From the IMG/VR virus record IMGVR_UViG_3300042889_001503, positions 1 to 64,000 of that record: 64,000 bases of DNA. The stretch is one strand, 5' to 3'. The notes under the pieces were generated by a model. That model saw only the letters and a list, made by a program, of their open reading frames with translations. It ran no database searches and was not told where the DNA came from. Shown one piece after another: positions 49,034 to 59,175 of the stretch. The translations under genes and the position numbers were made by a program. Numbering within the stretch: position 1 is the first letter of the stretch; every line of letters starts with the position of its first letter.

Positions 49034-49916
49034 AATTTTCTATAAACCAATTTATTGTTTCTTTTAATCCCTGTTCAATTGGGGTAAATTCAAAATTAGG
49101 TAAATACGATTTTAATTTTGAATTATCCGATGGTTTTCTAAATTGACCATCAGGTTTTGTTTTGTCAAATATTACTTTCCCTTTAAAGTTAAACTCATTA
49201 ACTAATAAATCAACCAAATCTTTAATACTAATTTCATTTGAGTTACTGAATATAATAGGTTCTGATTCATTATAATTGTCTAAGGCCCATTCAGATAATT
49301 TTGCGATATCTTTAGAATATATAAATTCCCTTAATGGTGTTCCACTACCCCAAACAACAAAATCAGCGTTATCTCTTTGAGCGTTATACATTTTATGTAA
49401 TAACATAGGGATTACGTGACCGGTGTCTAATGAAAAATTATCATTTGGTCCGTAAATGTTTGTTGGGATTACTGACACATATTCTAACCCATATTGTTCC
49501 CTATAAGCTCTTATTTGAATATCAGCCATTCTTTTTGCGTATGCGTATGGGTAATTTGAAAAGTGAGGGGCTCCTAAGTGAATTTTTTTCTCAGTTATTG
49601 GGTATTCAATATTGTCCGGAAATACACAAGTTGATAAAAATGATACTAATTTTTTAACATTATTTTTTCTGGCCGATTCAATAACGTTAGTGTTAATCAT
49701 TATGTTATCGTAAAAAAACTCTCCTTTATAATTCATATTGGCACTAAGACCACCTACTTTACCGGCACAATGAATAACGTGAGTTGGTTTATGGTATTCA
49801 AACATTTTATCGGTTTCTTCAATATTTCTCAAATCATACTCTTTACCAATTTTTACATCAGAAGTAATGGAAGAACCAACTAAACCATTACCACCGGTTA
49901 CTAATAATTTTTTCAT
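49014..49916 (-). CDS. fcl: GDP-4-keto-6-deoxymannose epimerase/reductase (GDP-L-fucose synthase / ColC-like)
   Basis: GGNGLVG, AGKVGG, LSTCVFP, YAYAKR, PTNIYGPNDNF, WGSGTPLREF. Confidence 0.9.
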   Translation of the reverse strand: MKKLLVTGGNGLVGSSITSDVKIGKEYDLRNIEETDKMFEYHKPTHVIHCAGKVGGLSANMNYKGEFFYDNIMINTNVIESARKNNVKKLVSFLSTCVFPDNIEYPITEKKIHLGAPHFSNYPYAYAKRMADIQIRAYREQYGLEYVSVIPTNIYGPNDNFSLDTGHVIPMLLHKMYNAQRDNADFVVWGSGTPLREFIYSKDIAKLSEWALDNYNESEPIIFSNSNEISIKDLVDLLVNEFNFKGKVIFDKTKPDGQFRKPSDNSKLKSYLPNFEFTPIEQGLKETINWFIENYENTRK

Positions 49917-51064
49917 ATATTTTCGTTAACAATTTTAATTACTTTAGTTATTTCTTCTTCAGTCATTTGGTGATTGTTTGGTAAGTATAAACCATATTCG
50001 TGTACTAACTTTGAATTAGGTAATTCTTGTTTCCCATATCTTTCATACCAAAATGGGTGTTCGTTTATTGACCCACAAATTAATGGTCGACATTCGATAT
50101 CATTATTTTGTAATTCAGTTATCAATCTGTCAAGATTTTTAGTTATTATAGGATAAGAAAAATTTGACACATAGGAATTACTTGTTGGTTTAACCTCCCA
50201 AAAATCATTTTTGATACCTTCTTTATATCTTATGTAATTCTTATATCTAGATTCAACAATATGGTCTAATTTATCCATTTGTTGAATTCCGATAAACGCT
50301 TGTAAGTCAGTTGCTCTTAAATTAAACCCCGGGTAATAAAAGGTGTATAATGATTTAAAATCATTAACCTTATATTTTTCGCGTAATTCTTTTTGTTTCG
50401 ATAAAGGTAAATCTCTGTCCCACCCGTGCGACCTAATGGATAATAAAATATGATACAATTCTTCATTATCTGTTGATACCATACCACCTTCAATTGTTGA
50501 CATATGATGTCCAAAATAAAATGAAAAGGTTGATAAATCTCCAAAAGTTCCTAAATGTTTATCACCGTATTTTGAACCAATAGATTCACAAGTATCCTCA
50601 ATTAATAAAATATCATTTTCTTCACATAGCTCAATGATTTCTTTCATATGATTAGGAAAACCTAATACGTGAACTAATATAATTGCGGAAGGGTTTTCTT
50701 CTTTAATTAACGTTTTTAAATGGTTAATATCTAAACCTAAATTATCCTTATCACAATCACACATAATAGGCGTTAATCCTAATTGTATTGCCGGTGTCAC
50801 AGTAGTTACCCAAGAAACTGCTGGAACAATAATTTTATTATTTTTTAACTTACCGGATAGTATTAACGAATAAATCGCCGCTAAATTGGCTGAAGACCCG
50901 GAATTCACAAATACCGAATACTTACACCCTAACCATTTAGACCATAAGTCCTCAAAAGTTGTTGTTAATTCTCCTTTAGTTAATCTTGGATTGGTTTTTA
51001 ACCATTCTATTAATTTGGTGATGTCATCAAAATCAATAGTGTCCTTTACTAGTTTAATACTCAT
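49913..51064 (-). CDS. colD: ColD-like GDP-4-keto-6-deoxymannose 3-dehydratase (DegT/DnrJ family)
   Basis: NSGSSAN, VPAVSW, EDTCES, SFYFGHHMSTIEGG (His in place of the Schiff-base Lys), RSHGW.R, PGFNLR. Confidence 0.75.
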   Translation of the reverse strand: MSIKLVKDTIDFDDITKLIEWLKTNPRLTKGELTTTFEDLWSKWLGCKYSVFVNSGSSANLAAIYSLILSGKLKNNKIIVPAVSWVTTVTPAIQLGLTPIMCDCDKDNLGLDINHLKTLIKEENPSAIILVHVLGFPNHMKEIIELCEENDILLIEDTCESIGSKYGDKHLGTFGDLSTFSFYFGHHMSTIEGGMVSTDNEELYHILLSIRSHGWDRDLPLSKQKELREKYKVNDFKSLYTFYYPGFNLRATDLQAFIGIQQMDKLDHIVESRYKNYIRYKEGIKNDFWEVKPTSNSYVSNFSYPIITKNLDRLITELQNNDIECRPLICGSINEHPFWYERYGKQELPNSKLVHEYGLYLPNNHQMTEEEITKVIKIVNENI

Positions 51065-51833
51065 ATATGTCTTTAATTGTTAAGTTGATTAGGTCGTTAT
51101 AATCTATTGTTTTTTCGCAACTATAATAACCACCTCTTTTTATTTTTAAGTTATTGGATTCGTCGTATTCTATGTAATCTATAATGTTTTTATTTAATTT
51201 TGTAAAGATGTCCTCAATAAACTTTTGAACATTGATTAATTCACCTAAACCAACAATACAATCTTTATCGGCTTTTAATGAAACATCAACAATGTTTTTA
51301 GGGTGGGTTAAATCTCTATTAAAATTAATATCACCAATAGATATTTTTTTATCGTTCAGTATTGAATCAAATATTTTACCAAAGAGAAACCCTTCTTTTC
51401 TATAAACAGAATTAAAGTTAAATGGGTAGATTATTATTACGTTAGGGTAAACATCTCTGTTATGATTAATATAGTTACAGAGAATTTCTTTTGATTTAAT
51501 ATATGGTGAGTAATTATAGTTATACTCATCACTTAGGGAGACACACCCGTCGTATTTATTCCACAATTCTGATGTTGAATAAATGATGACCTTATTTGAG
51601 ATGTCTTTAAACTTATTAATAACTTCTAACGTATAATCAAAATTAGTTTTTATAAAAAACTCATCAGATTCATTTAAAAAAGTTCGTTGTTCCGCAAATA
51701 ATAAAAAAACCTTGTCATACTTTTTAGAACAAAGTGTTGCAAAATCTATGTTTCGGGACGATATTTTTTCATAATCATTGGGGAAATAATGACTTAACTG
51801 AGATGTATTCCCAATTACTAAATTACTCAACAC
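51054..51833 (-). CDS. NAD-dependent epimerase/dehydratase-like protein
   Basis: LVIGNTSQL, YSTSE, YIKSK (YxxxK), RDLTH. Confidence 0.65.
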   Translation of the reverse strand: MLSNLVIGNTSQLSHYFPNDYEKISSRNIDFATLCSKKYDKVFLLFAEQRTFLNESDEFFIKTNFDYTLEVINKFKDISNKVIIYSTSELWNKYDGCVSLSDEYNYNYSPYIKSKEILCNYINHNRDVYPNVIIIYPFNFNSVYRKEGFLFGKIFDSILNDKKISIGDINFNRDLTHPKNIVDVSLKADKDCIVGLGELINVQKFIEDIFTKLNKNIIDYIEYDESNNLKIKRGGYYSCEKTIDYNDLINLTIKDIYEY

Positions 51834-52167
51834 CTTTATATAATTTTACCGAATCCTCAATTAATGATTTACCTTGACTTATTGAATTATCAACCATCCG
51901 ATTTATTGCCTCAACATATTTAGGTCGTTTACTTTTAAAACAGATGTCAATTTTTTTCTTTAACACAGCAATTTCAGAGTCGGTTTTAGCATCACTAATG
52001 GCGTCTTCTAAATACCACATTCTACAATGTAATATGGATAATTTTTCAATCACCTCACCTAAATTATCGGTTTCAATGATATCATCAGGTAATTCAACAT
52101 TTTTATTTTTAGTTAAAATTTCTAATGTTTTATTTTTAATTATTTCTTCAATTTTTTCACCTATCAT
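51823..52167 (-). CDS. hypothetical protein, DUF4254-like
   Basis: LGEVIEKLSIL..RMWYLED. Confidence 0.45.
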   Translation of the reverse strand: MIGEKIEEIIKNKTLEILTKNKNVELPDDIIETDNLGEVIEKLSILHCRMWYLEDAISDAKTDSEIAVLKKKIDICFKSKRPKYVEAINRMVDNSISQGKSLIEDSVKLYKGVE

Positions 52168-52169
52168 AA

Positions 52170-53039
52170 TTATTTAATTTTTAAATTTATTTCATTTTGT
52201 ATTGTTGTTATCATATTAGGATAATTTAAATTATTTGACCATAAATTTTTATTTTTACCATCATAATAAAATATACCTTCAGATTCATTAAATGTGAATG
52301 AAATGAATGTTTTTTTATCGTCATTAAAATTTTCTTTAGTATGTGTAAAACAAAATGGTCCGGAAGCCCTTCCTACAATAATATCACAATGATTTGAAAT
52401 TAGACTAATTTGTAATAAATCAGGTAATGATTCTGTTATTTGTGGATATGTTGTAATAACATTAGAATTATTTTCATATAATTGATTAGTACTTAAAAAT
52501 AAACAATTAGGGTTATTTTCAGACAAATTTTCAACAATAGGTGTGAAACTAAAATTATGTGATTGACTTGAATTTACATTACCGTCACAAACTAAAATAA
52601 TTAAATCATATTTTAGTTTTAATTCTTTTATTTTGTTTACAATATTATCATGCGATTTTAAATTAGTATTAATCACAGAGGGTAAATACTTATTAAAATC
52701 ATTATCTAATTCAATATTATAGAAATCACAAATATCGGTAACTAATTTAAAATGATTAATAAATGAACAACCAGGAATAGGTTGGTGTGATACATAAATC
52801 ATTTGTTTTTGTCCTATCCAAGTATTCACAATATTATTTTCTAAATTTGTGTTGTGAATATCATAATTTCCGGGGATACCCACAATTTCATTAACTTCAG
52901 GTAAATCTTCAAATAATGGTGATTGTAGATTATGATAGTATGTAATGTTATAATGGTTTTTTAAAATATTAATTAATATTCTTGAGTAAAATATATCACC
53001 ATTGTGGAAATGATTATATAATGTTATATTGTTTTTCAT
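52170..53039 (-). CDS. putative glycosyltransferase (GT-B-like)
   Basis: HNGD N-terminal motif; CDIIVGRASGP; start taken as MKNNITLY. Confidence 0.55.
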   Translation of the reverse strand: MKNNITLYNHFHNGDIFYSRILINILKNHYNITYYHNLQSPLFEDLPEVNEIVGIPGNYDIHNTNLENNIVNTWIGQKQMIYVSHQPIPGCSFINHFKLVTDICDFYNIELDNDFNKYLPSVINTNLKSHDNIVNKIKELKLKYDLIILVCDGNVNSSQSHNFSFTPIVENLSENNPNCLFLSTNQLYENNSNVITTYPQITESLPDLLQISLISNHCDIIVGRASGPFCFTHTKENFNDDKKTFISFTFNESEGIFYYDGKNKNLWSNNLNYPNMITTIQNEINLKIK

Positions 53040-53043
53040 ATTA

Positions 53044-53817
53044 TTAACTATAATGTATGTGTTTATCCATATATTTAAAATTTTCATTTAAATTATTTAA
53101 TAATGAAAAAGTTGATACGTTACTTCTACTTACTAATTTAAAATCAGTTAATGATAATAAAATAGAATCAACAATAACTTCTTCGGCTAATTTAGATTTA
53201 TTTGGTAGATTTGAAAAATGTAAACCAACATTAGAATCACCCCTTCTTGATTCAGTATAAATTAAAGTATCACCTAATTCTTTTTTAAAAAAATTCAAAG
53301 AATTATTATCATCAGTCATTAAATAAATTTTATCATAACTGTTATGTTTAAATTCTTCATTAATATTTGACAAAATAATTTCATCAGATAATAATGCTCC
53401 GTGAGTACTATGGTCTGTACCTCTTTTTTGAACACCTAAAGTTTTTAACCCTTTAAAATAATTTTTATCAATATTGTTAAAAAAAATATTATCCATTAAT
53501 TTTAAATCAATCAATGTTTGAGAGGGGGTTTTTAAATTTTTTAAAATAGTTAATTCATCAAGTCCATTTCCAATAGCTTCAGGGAAATAATACCCATAAG
53601 GGGTTAAATTAATAAATGTTGACGTAATTGGTTCAATATCATAAACTTGTTTAAAAAATTTATCATATAGATTTTCGTTAGATAAATCACTATACATATA
53701 ATTAAACCATTCAACATTAAATTTTTGATTATTATCGTTAAAATACATTATACCCGCTAATAATGTTAAAAAATCCGAAAAAAAACCTTCGTTTCGGTTT
53801 ATTATTAATTTATTCAT
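53044..53817 (-). CDS. NodZ/FUT-like GDP-sugar (fucosyl/colitosyl) transferase
   Basis: EGFFS, LGVQKRGTD, IYLMTDD, D..LLS.TD....SNVS. Confidence 0.7.
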   Translation of the reverse strand: MNKLIINRNEGFFSDFLTLLAGIMYFNDNNQKFNVEWFNYMYSDLSNENLYDKFFKQVYDIEPITSTFINLTPYGYYFPEAIGNGLDELTILKNLKTPSQTLIDLKLMDNIFFNNIDKNYFKGLKTLGVQKRGTDHSTHGALLSDEIILSNINEEFKHNSYDKIYLMTDDNNSLNFFKKELGDTLIYTESRRGDSNVGLHFSNLPNKSKLAEEVIVDSILLSLTDFKLVSRSNVSTFSLLNNLNENFKYMDKHIHYS

Positions 53818-53823
53818 ATTTTA

Positions 53824-54501
53824 TTATAAATTTTTATTTAATTCAAAATTTATTGATTTTCTTTTTAGATATAAATTTTTATCAATATAATCATTTTTAG
53901 AATTTTCTAAATGTATATTGTCTCGACCACCGAATCCAACATCAGGATGTTCATGTTTAATTATTAGTTCATTAAAATAAGTTTGTTTATTTAATAAGTT
54001 TGCAACATCCATAAATTCGTTATCCGCCCATAAAGATTTATATTCTGGATGATAAATGTAATTAAACCTCTCATAATATTTTTTACCTAAAATACATAAA
54101 GTATTCAATCTATTACCTTGATAACCATCATTAAACCATAAAACACCATCAGTATCCGGATATTTTTCTTTCATTTTTTTTCTAATGATTGTATCGTAAC
54201 CTTTAACTTTTGGTATCATATCATCAGATGCTAATAAGACAATATCCCAATCATTTTCGGTTTCCATATCTCTATTTATGGCTTCGATTTTTGATTTACT
54301 TTCACCATAAATGTATGATAAGTTTTTGTATTCTTTAAACATCTCAATAACACCCGGTTGATTCATAACTTTATCATCAGTGTCTAATGTTACTAAAAAT
54401 TTAATATTATCTAAATCATCACACATTGTGTAATACATTTTTAAAACATTAAAGAATTTAAATGTTCGTCCTCTAGTAGGAAACTTAATTAAAATTTTCA
54501 T
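53824..54501 (-). CDS. glycosyltransferase, GT-A fold
   Basis: KFPTRGR, LASDDM, WADNE, IKHEH. Confidence 0.7.
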   Translation of the reverse strand: MKILIKFPTRGRTFKFFNVLKMYYTMCDDLDNIKFLVTLDTDDKVMNQPGVIEMFKEYKNLSYIYGESKSKIEAINRDMETENDWDIVLLASDDMIPKVKGYDTIIRKKMKEKYPDTDGVLWFNDGYQGNRLNTLCILGKKYYERFNYIYHPEYKSLWADNEFMDVANLLNKQTYFNELIIKHEHPDVGFGGRDNIHLENSKNDYIDKNLYLKRKSINFELNKNL

Positions 54502-55882
54502 TCTTAAAATTTTTGTTCATTATTTTATTATACAACTCTTGTTGGTTGTTATTCGCCTCTGTTGATACGGTTCCGTCACTTTCGTGGTGAAAATATACAA
54601 AAAGAGGTTTTGGTATTCTTTTCCCCGAATATCCCTTCAATCCCATTCTAATCCATAAATCATAATCTTCCCATCCTTTCAATGTAACATCATACCCGTC
54701 ACAAACATCAAACGCTTCTTTATGAAACATTGAACAATTAACTATAAACGGACCTTCTCTTAATCTTTCTATAGACCATTCAGGTCTTTTTTCGATTCCT
54801 TGTATTTGACCTATATGATGTGTATCACAATAAACCGGACTAATGGTTTTATTGTTTTTTAAAATGTTAACACAGAATTGAATATAATCCGGATGAATAG
54901 TGTCATCACCATCTAATGGTAGTATAAAAATACCATTTGAATTTTTAACCCCATTATTTCTTGCTGAAGATGGTCCTTGATTTTCTTGATATATGATTTT
55001 AATATTTGGATGGTCTTTAATACTCTCTAATTTTAATTTAACGTAAGTATCGGTTGACCCGTCATCAACAATTACTATCTCTACATTTTTATAGGTAGAA
55101 TCAAATACTGATTGTAACGATTTTTCGAATTGTAACCCATAATTGTAAATCGGAATTATAACAGAAACTAACGGTAACTTTGGATTAATTTTATTTATCG
55201 GGTATTTTGATTCTAATTTAATAGGTAATTTTTCTTTGTATTTTTCTAAAAATAATAATCTATTCTGTTCCCACTGATTATTGGTCATACCAATAGAAAG
55301 ATGTGTTAACGGGACATTTGAAATTGTTCCAACTTTAACTCCGGATAAATGATTACTCATACAAAATGATGTATCATAAAAATGGAATCCGGTAAATGAT
55401 TCATCAAAATTAGTTTTTAAATTACTTTTTTTAACGGCAAAGAAAACACCATCAACAATAACGGAATCTATTATTTTTGACCCAAATGGTTTATTATATT
55501 CAGATAACCATTTTTTACCTTCGTGCTGATGATAAACTTGACCAATCATCTCACCCTGTATGTCCCACCATCTTCCGGAATTAGGGTAATATGATGTTCC
55601 AGCAACACCTAAAATACCGTATTCAGGTTTTTTGGTAAAATGTTCTAAAACTCGTTTACCCCAATATTCTTTTTCAAAAATGATATCATTATGACAAAAC
55701 ACAATAATATCATTAACTGATTCGTTTAATCCTTTGTTATAAACTTCAGTTAAACTAAATTGGTTATGGTTAACATACTCCAATATTTGAACATTTTTTA
55801 AACCAACAGTTTGTAACAAATGTTGTCTAAATTTGTTATTATATTGTTCGTCTTTATGTGTTGAATAAATTACTGTTATCAT
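54485..55882 (-). CDS. two-domain glycosyltransferase (GT2-like plus GT2)
   Basis: YNKG..FCHNDI..GVAG..VDGVF..FHFYD; second domain VSVIIPIYN, VDDGSTD, ARNNG, LDGDD, EDYDLW. Confidence 0.88.
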   Translation of the reverse strand: MITVIYSTHKDEQYNNKFRQHLLQTVGLKNVQILEYVNHNQFSLTEVYNKGLNESVNDIIVFCHNDIIFEKEYWGKRVLEHFTKKPEYGILGVAGTSYYPNSGRWWDIQGEMIGQVYHQHEGKKWLSEYNKPFGSKIIDSVIVDGVFFAVKKSNLKTNFDESFTGFHFYDTSFCMSNHLSGVKVGTISNVPLTHLSIGMTNNQWEQNRLLFLEKYKEKLPIKLESKYPINKINPKLPLVSVIIPIYNYGLQFEKSLQSVFDSTYKNVEIVIVDDGSTDTYVKLKLESIKDHPNIKIIYQENQGPSSARNNGVKNSNGIFILPLDGDDTIHPDYIQFCVNILKNNKTISPVYCDTHHIGQIQGIEKRPEWSIERLREGPFIVNCSMFHKEAFDVCDGYDVTLKGWEDYDLWIRMGLKGYSGKRIPKPLFVYFHHESDGTVSTEANNNQQELYNKIMNKNFKNENFN

Positions 55883-56484
55883 ACTAATCCTGTTGAACCA
55901 AATCCGTTTTCACCCCGTTCTTTTTTATTTATTTTCTCAACTTGATTTAATCCTACCCAAGCACCGTTTACAACGGGACAAAGAACCGCTTGTCCGAATT
56001 TCATACCTTTTGGTATTCTAACCTCAGTTGGGTTTGTATTAAAGATGATTCCTTTAACTTCTCCGGTGTAACCATTATCCACGGTTCCCGGTGAATTTAA
56101 AACCATAAGTCCTTGGTTGATTGCCAACCCACTTTTTGTTCTAACTTGTATCTCAAAACCGTCTTTAATGTCGAAACATAGTCCACTAGGAACTAACGCT
56201 CTACCAAACGGTGGGATAACAACATCCTCAACAGAATGTAAGTCAAACCCCGAATCACTATCGTAGTTATATTTTGGGTGAACAGCATCCGGGTGAAGTA
56301 TCTCATAAGGTAAATCTAATTTAGTTGCCCCCTCGGCAATATCTTTTTCAATTTGTTCTAAATCAATATCCATTTCTTTCAAAATGTCATCGTAATCCAC
56401 CTCACCTGTTTCGGATGAGAATGTCTCTTGTAAATTAAGTAATTTTTTTCTTAAATTTTCTAACTCTTCAAAATTGTCTAACAT
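55879..56484 (-). CDS. dut: dUTPase with acidic N-terminal extension
   Basis: SGFDL, RTKSGLA, NSPGTVDNGYTGE, RGENGFGSTG. Confidence 0.92.
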   Translation of the reverse strand: MLDNFEELENLRKKLLNLQETFSSETGEVDYDDILKEMDIDLEQIEKDIAEGATKLDLPYEILHPDAVHPKYNYDSDSGFDLHSVEDVVIPPFGRALVPSGLCFDIKDGFEIQVRTKSGLAINQGLMVLNSPGTVDNGYTGEVKGIIFNTNPTEVRIPKGMKFGQAVLCPVVNGAWVGLNQVEKINKKERGENGFGSTGLV

Positions 56485-57185
56485 TATTCTAATTCTTTTA
56501 ATTTTTTTATTACGTCAATTAGTACAAGTACGTCTCGTTCACAGTAAGCGGTGATTTCAGGTAACATATTTTTGTTCCAATATGCGTCGTGAACTTTATC
56601 TCCGGTAACATCACCTTCCTTTGGTGATGGAACATCCATACAAGTACACATTAAGTCTAACGAACCAATTGCCGTATATGCTCCGTATTGCCAAATTTCT
56701 TTGGTATCGATAGCTTTAATCTCCCACGGTTTTGTGTCGTAAGATGGTAAAAGTGTTGGAGGCATTAATCCGTTGATAATCATTCGTTTTGCCAACATAG
56801 GGATATCAAAATTCTTAAGATTGTGTCCACATAGATAAAAATCTAATTTACCACAACGATTAAGTAATGTTTGACATTCTTTTAATAGAACCTTTTCATC
56901 ATCACCTGAAAACGATTGTTTTTTAATATCACCATTGTCCATAACAAAGGCAACACTAACACAAACAATTTTTGCAAACTCAGGAACTAATGCGGCTCTT
57001 TTTTCAAAAACTTTATCGGCAGAAAATCCGGCATCTTCAGGAAATCGTTTTTGGAACCAATCAAAATATTTCTCAAATTGACTCGCAACATTAGGATTGT
57101 TAACTTTACACTCGGTATAGTTTTTACATCCACCAACAGTTTCTATATCAAGAAACAATATTTTGGTTAAAGGTATTTTTATCAT
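56484..57185 (-). CDS. 3'-5' exonuclease (PolB exo-like, DEDDy)
   Basis: FLDIETV, GHNLKNFDIP, YCERDV. Confidence 0.85.
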   Translation of the reverse strand: MIKIPLTKILFLDIETVGGCKNYTECKVNNPNVASQFEKYFDWFQKRFPEDAGFSADKVFEKRAALVPEFAKIVCVSVAFVMDNGDIKKQSFSGDDEKVLLKECQTLLNRCGKLDFYLCGHNLKNFDIPMLAKRMIINGLMPPTLLPSYDTKPWEIKAIDTKEIWQYGAYTAIGSLDLMCTCMDVPSPKEGDVTGDKVHDAYWNKNMLPEITAYCERDVLVLIDVIKKLKELE

Positions 57186-57188
57186 TTT

Positions 57189-58409
57189 TTATTTTATTAA
57201 AGATTTGTAAAATTCTGCTCTATTTTTTGTAACCACGTTAAGGTCGTATTTGTCTTTTACTGTATTATATAATCTTTCACCCAATACTTTAATCATTTCA
57301 GGGTTCTGAACTAATTTCTTAATTGCTTTAGACCAATCACTATGATTTCTACTTTCAGGGATTAAAATAGCGTTACCCTCTTCGTTAAATTCACCATTTT
57401 TCAAACAGTGAACTAAATCGATTGTGTATGGTCCAATTTCAGACGCGATTAAAGCTTTCTTATAAAACCCTGCCTCAATAACTTTTAATTGAGATTTCAT
57501 TCTGTTGAAGATGTGATTTTTAATCGGAGCCAAAGATATATCAAATTTTGAATAATTCATAGCGTAAGTTGTGACAGGTTTTGTCCAAACTCTAACATAA
57601 GGTAAAACATTTCCGGAATTATATTCACCTTCTTTAAATTGTTGTAAGAATTTTTTATAGTCATCATCAACTGTTTGATAATTGGTTGTAAAAATTTCCT
57701 CATAACGAGCCCATACAGTTTCGTGTGGTTTAATTTCTCGTTGTTTTTCTTCACCTGTTTGAGGATTTATTTCAGTTACAGTTCCTCTTGTATCAAAACC
57801 ACAAATCACATATTGTAATTTATCGTTAATGTCACTATTTTTTTGAACAAACCCCCCAAGTAATTCTAAATCGTGTAAGTGAGATGAGCCACCTAACCAC
57901 CCAACTCTAATTTTATCAGAAGGAGGTGTTGGTTGATTAAACTGTAATTCTTTTGGGTTAATGGCGTTTGGAAATACAATAACGTTTTTGTTTAATTTTT
58001 TGATTTCCTCAGCAAATATATCAGTAGTGGTGGTTACATAACTTGCCGCTCTCAGATTATTTTTAATTTTCTCATCAATTTTGTGTTTAACAATAATACT
58101 ATGTATTGGATGCTCAACCGTTGGTAACCAATAATCATCTAAATCGACAATAACGATAATACCCATTGACTTTAACCATTGGATTAATTGAGGGGCGATA
58201 TTATAATCTTGTCCAATTGTTCTGTGAGCATGAATTATCTGATATTTTTTCCAATATTCAATATTATTTATTTGAGGTTCGTAGTCAATATCTACGTGGA
58301 AGTCATCCGGATATAAGTTTTGTAAGAATACGTGAGGGTCAACAGAGCGAAATTTACCAACACCTGTTTTGTCACTTGGTAGAACTAATACATTAATTTT
58401 TTCTTTCAT
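57189..58409 (-). CDS. glycosyltransferase, GT-B (GT4-like)
   Basis: DLDDYW, GWLGGSSH..DL, DISLAP, FNRMKSQLKVIEAG, IAS. Confidence 0.8.
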   Translation of the reverse strand: MKEKINVLVLPSDKTGVGKFRSVDPHVFLQNLYPDDFHVDIDYEPQINNIEYWKKYQIIHAHRTIGQDYNIAPQLIQWLKSMGIIVIVDLDDYWLPTVEHPIHSIIVKHKIDEKIKNNLRAASYVTTTTDIFAEEIKKLNKNVIVFPNAINPKELQFNQPTPPSDKIRVGWLGGSSHLHDLELLGGFVQKNSDINDKLQYVICGFDTRGTVTEINPQTGEEKQREIKPHETVWARYEEIFTTNYQTVDDDYKKFLQQFKEGEYNSGNVLPYVRVWTKPVTTYAMNYSKFDISLAPIKNHIFNRMKSQLKVIEAGFYKKALIASEIGPYTIDLVHCLKNGEFNEEGNAILIPESRNHSDWSKAIKKLVQNPEMIKVLGERLYNTVKDKYDLNVVTKNRAEFYKSLIK

Positions 58410-58521
58410 AGTTTTAAATTATATTCTAAAATATAATAAAAAACAAAAAGAATATCAACCATATAAAACTAAAAAACCCCCAACTTGGTAGATGAGGGTT
58501 AATCTTGAGAGTAAATAAAGT

Positions 58522-59157
58522 TTAAGAGATTTTTTTTATCTTAGTAACCTTACCTTCAAATATATGTTTTCCAACTTTAAAAGAAAAGACTTCATTAGAT
58601 TTTTGTTCTGATTCAGACAAAATTCCATTTTCTTGTAGAACTTCCTCTACAACTTCACGAAGCATAGATTTTAATTCATTCACATTAAAGTTTGGTGATT
58701 GTGTCTGTTGTGGTCTTTTAGTTTGTTCGTTAACCGATTGTTTTGGTTGTTGATTCCCTTTTAAATTCATCAATCTAGATGCTTTCTCAACTAATTCGTC
58801 AGATAATACTGAACCACCACCACCCATTGAGTTTGGAACTTCTATTGGGTGTTCAATCATCAATCGTTTAATTGCGTCCGGTAATTTTGATGACATAACT
58901 CTATCTGCCGTTAGAGGTTGTGGCATTGTTGGTGCTTTAGGTATTGATGATAAATAAGGTTGTTCTGATTGTTGAGATTCTTGTAAAAATTCTTGTGGAA
59001 TATTATATTTTGCACCAACAGGTTCAAAAGATTCAACTTCAGGTGAATTATAGGAATCCATTGATGATGCCACACCACCTCTCGGTGTATTGTTATGGGC
59101 ATCCATTATTTTTTTAGATACCACTAATTTTTCCATTAAACTTAATTCGTTTGTCAT
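58522..59157 (-). CDS. hypothetical protein
   Basis: 211-aa ORF. Confidence 0.75.
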   Translation of the reverse strand: MTNELSLMEKLVVSKKIMDAHNNTPRGGVASSMDSYNSPEVESFEPVGAKYNIPQEFLQESQQSEQPYLSSIPKAPTMPQPLTADRVMSSKLPDAIKRLMIEHPIEVPNSMGGGGSVLSDELVEKASRLMNLKGNQQPKQSVNEQTKRPQQTQSPNFNVNELKSMLREVVEEVLQENGILSESEQKSNEVFSFKVGKHIFEGKVTKIKKIS

Positions 59158-59175
59158 AAAATTTAATTATTGTAT

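Noticed and set aside
44540-58409. Host chromosomal O-antigen/capsule locus (prophage boundary or chimera)
   Set aside because: The genes are interleaved with phoH, dut, an exonuclease and a gp55-like sigma, and are tightly coupled to phage genes. No flippase, polymerase or export genes are present.
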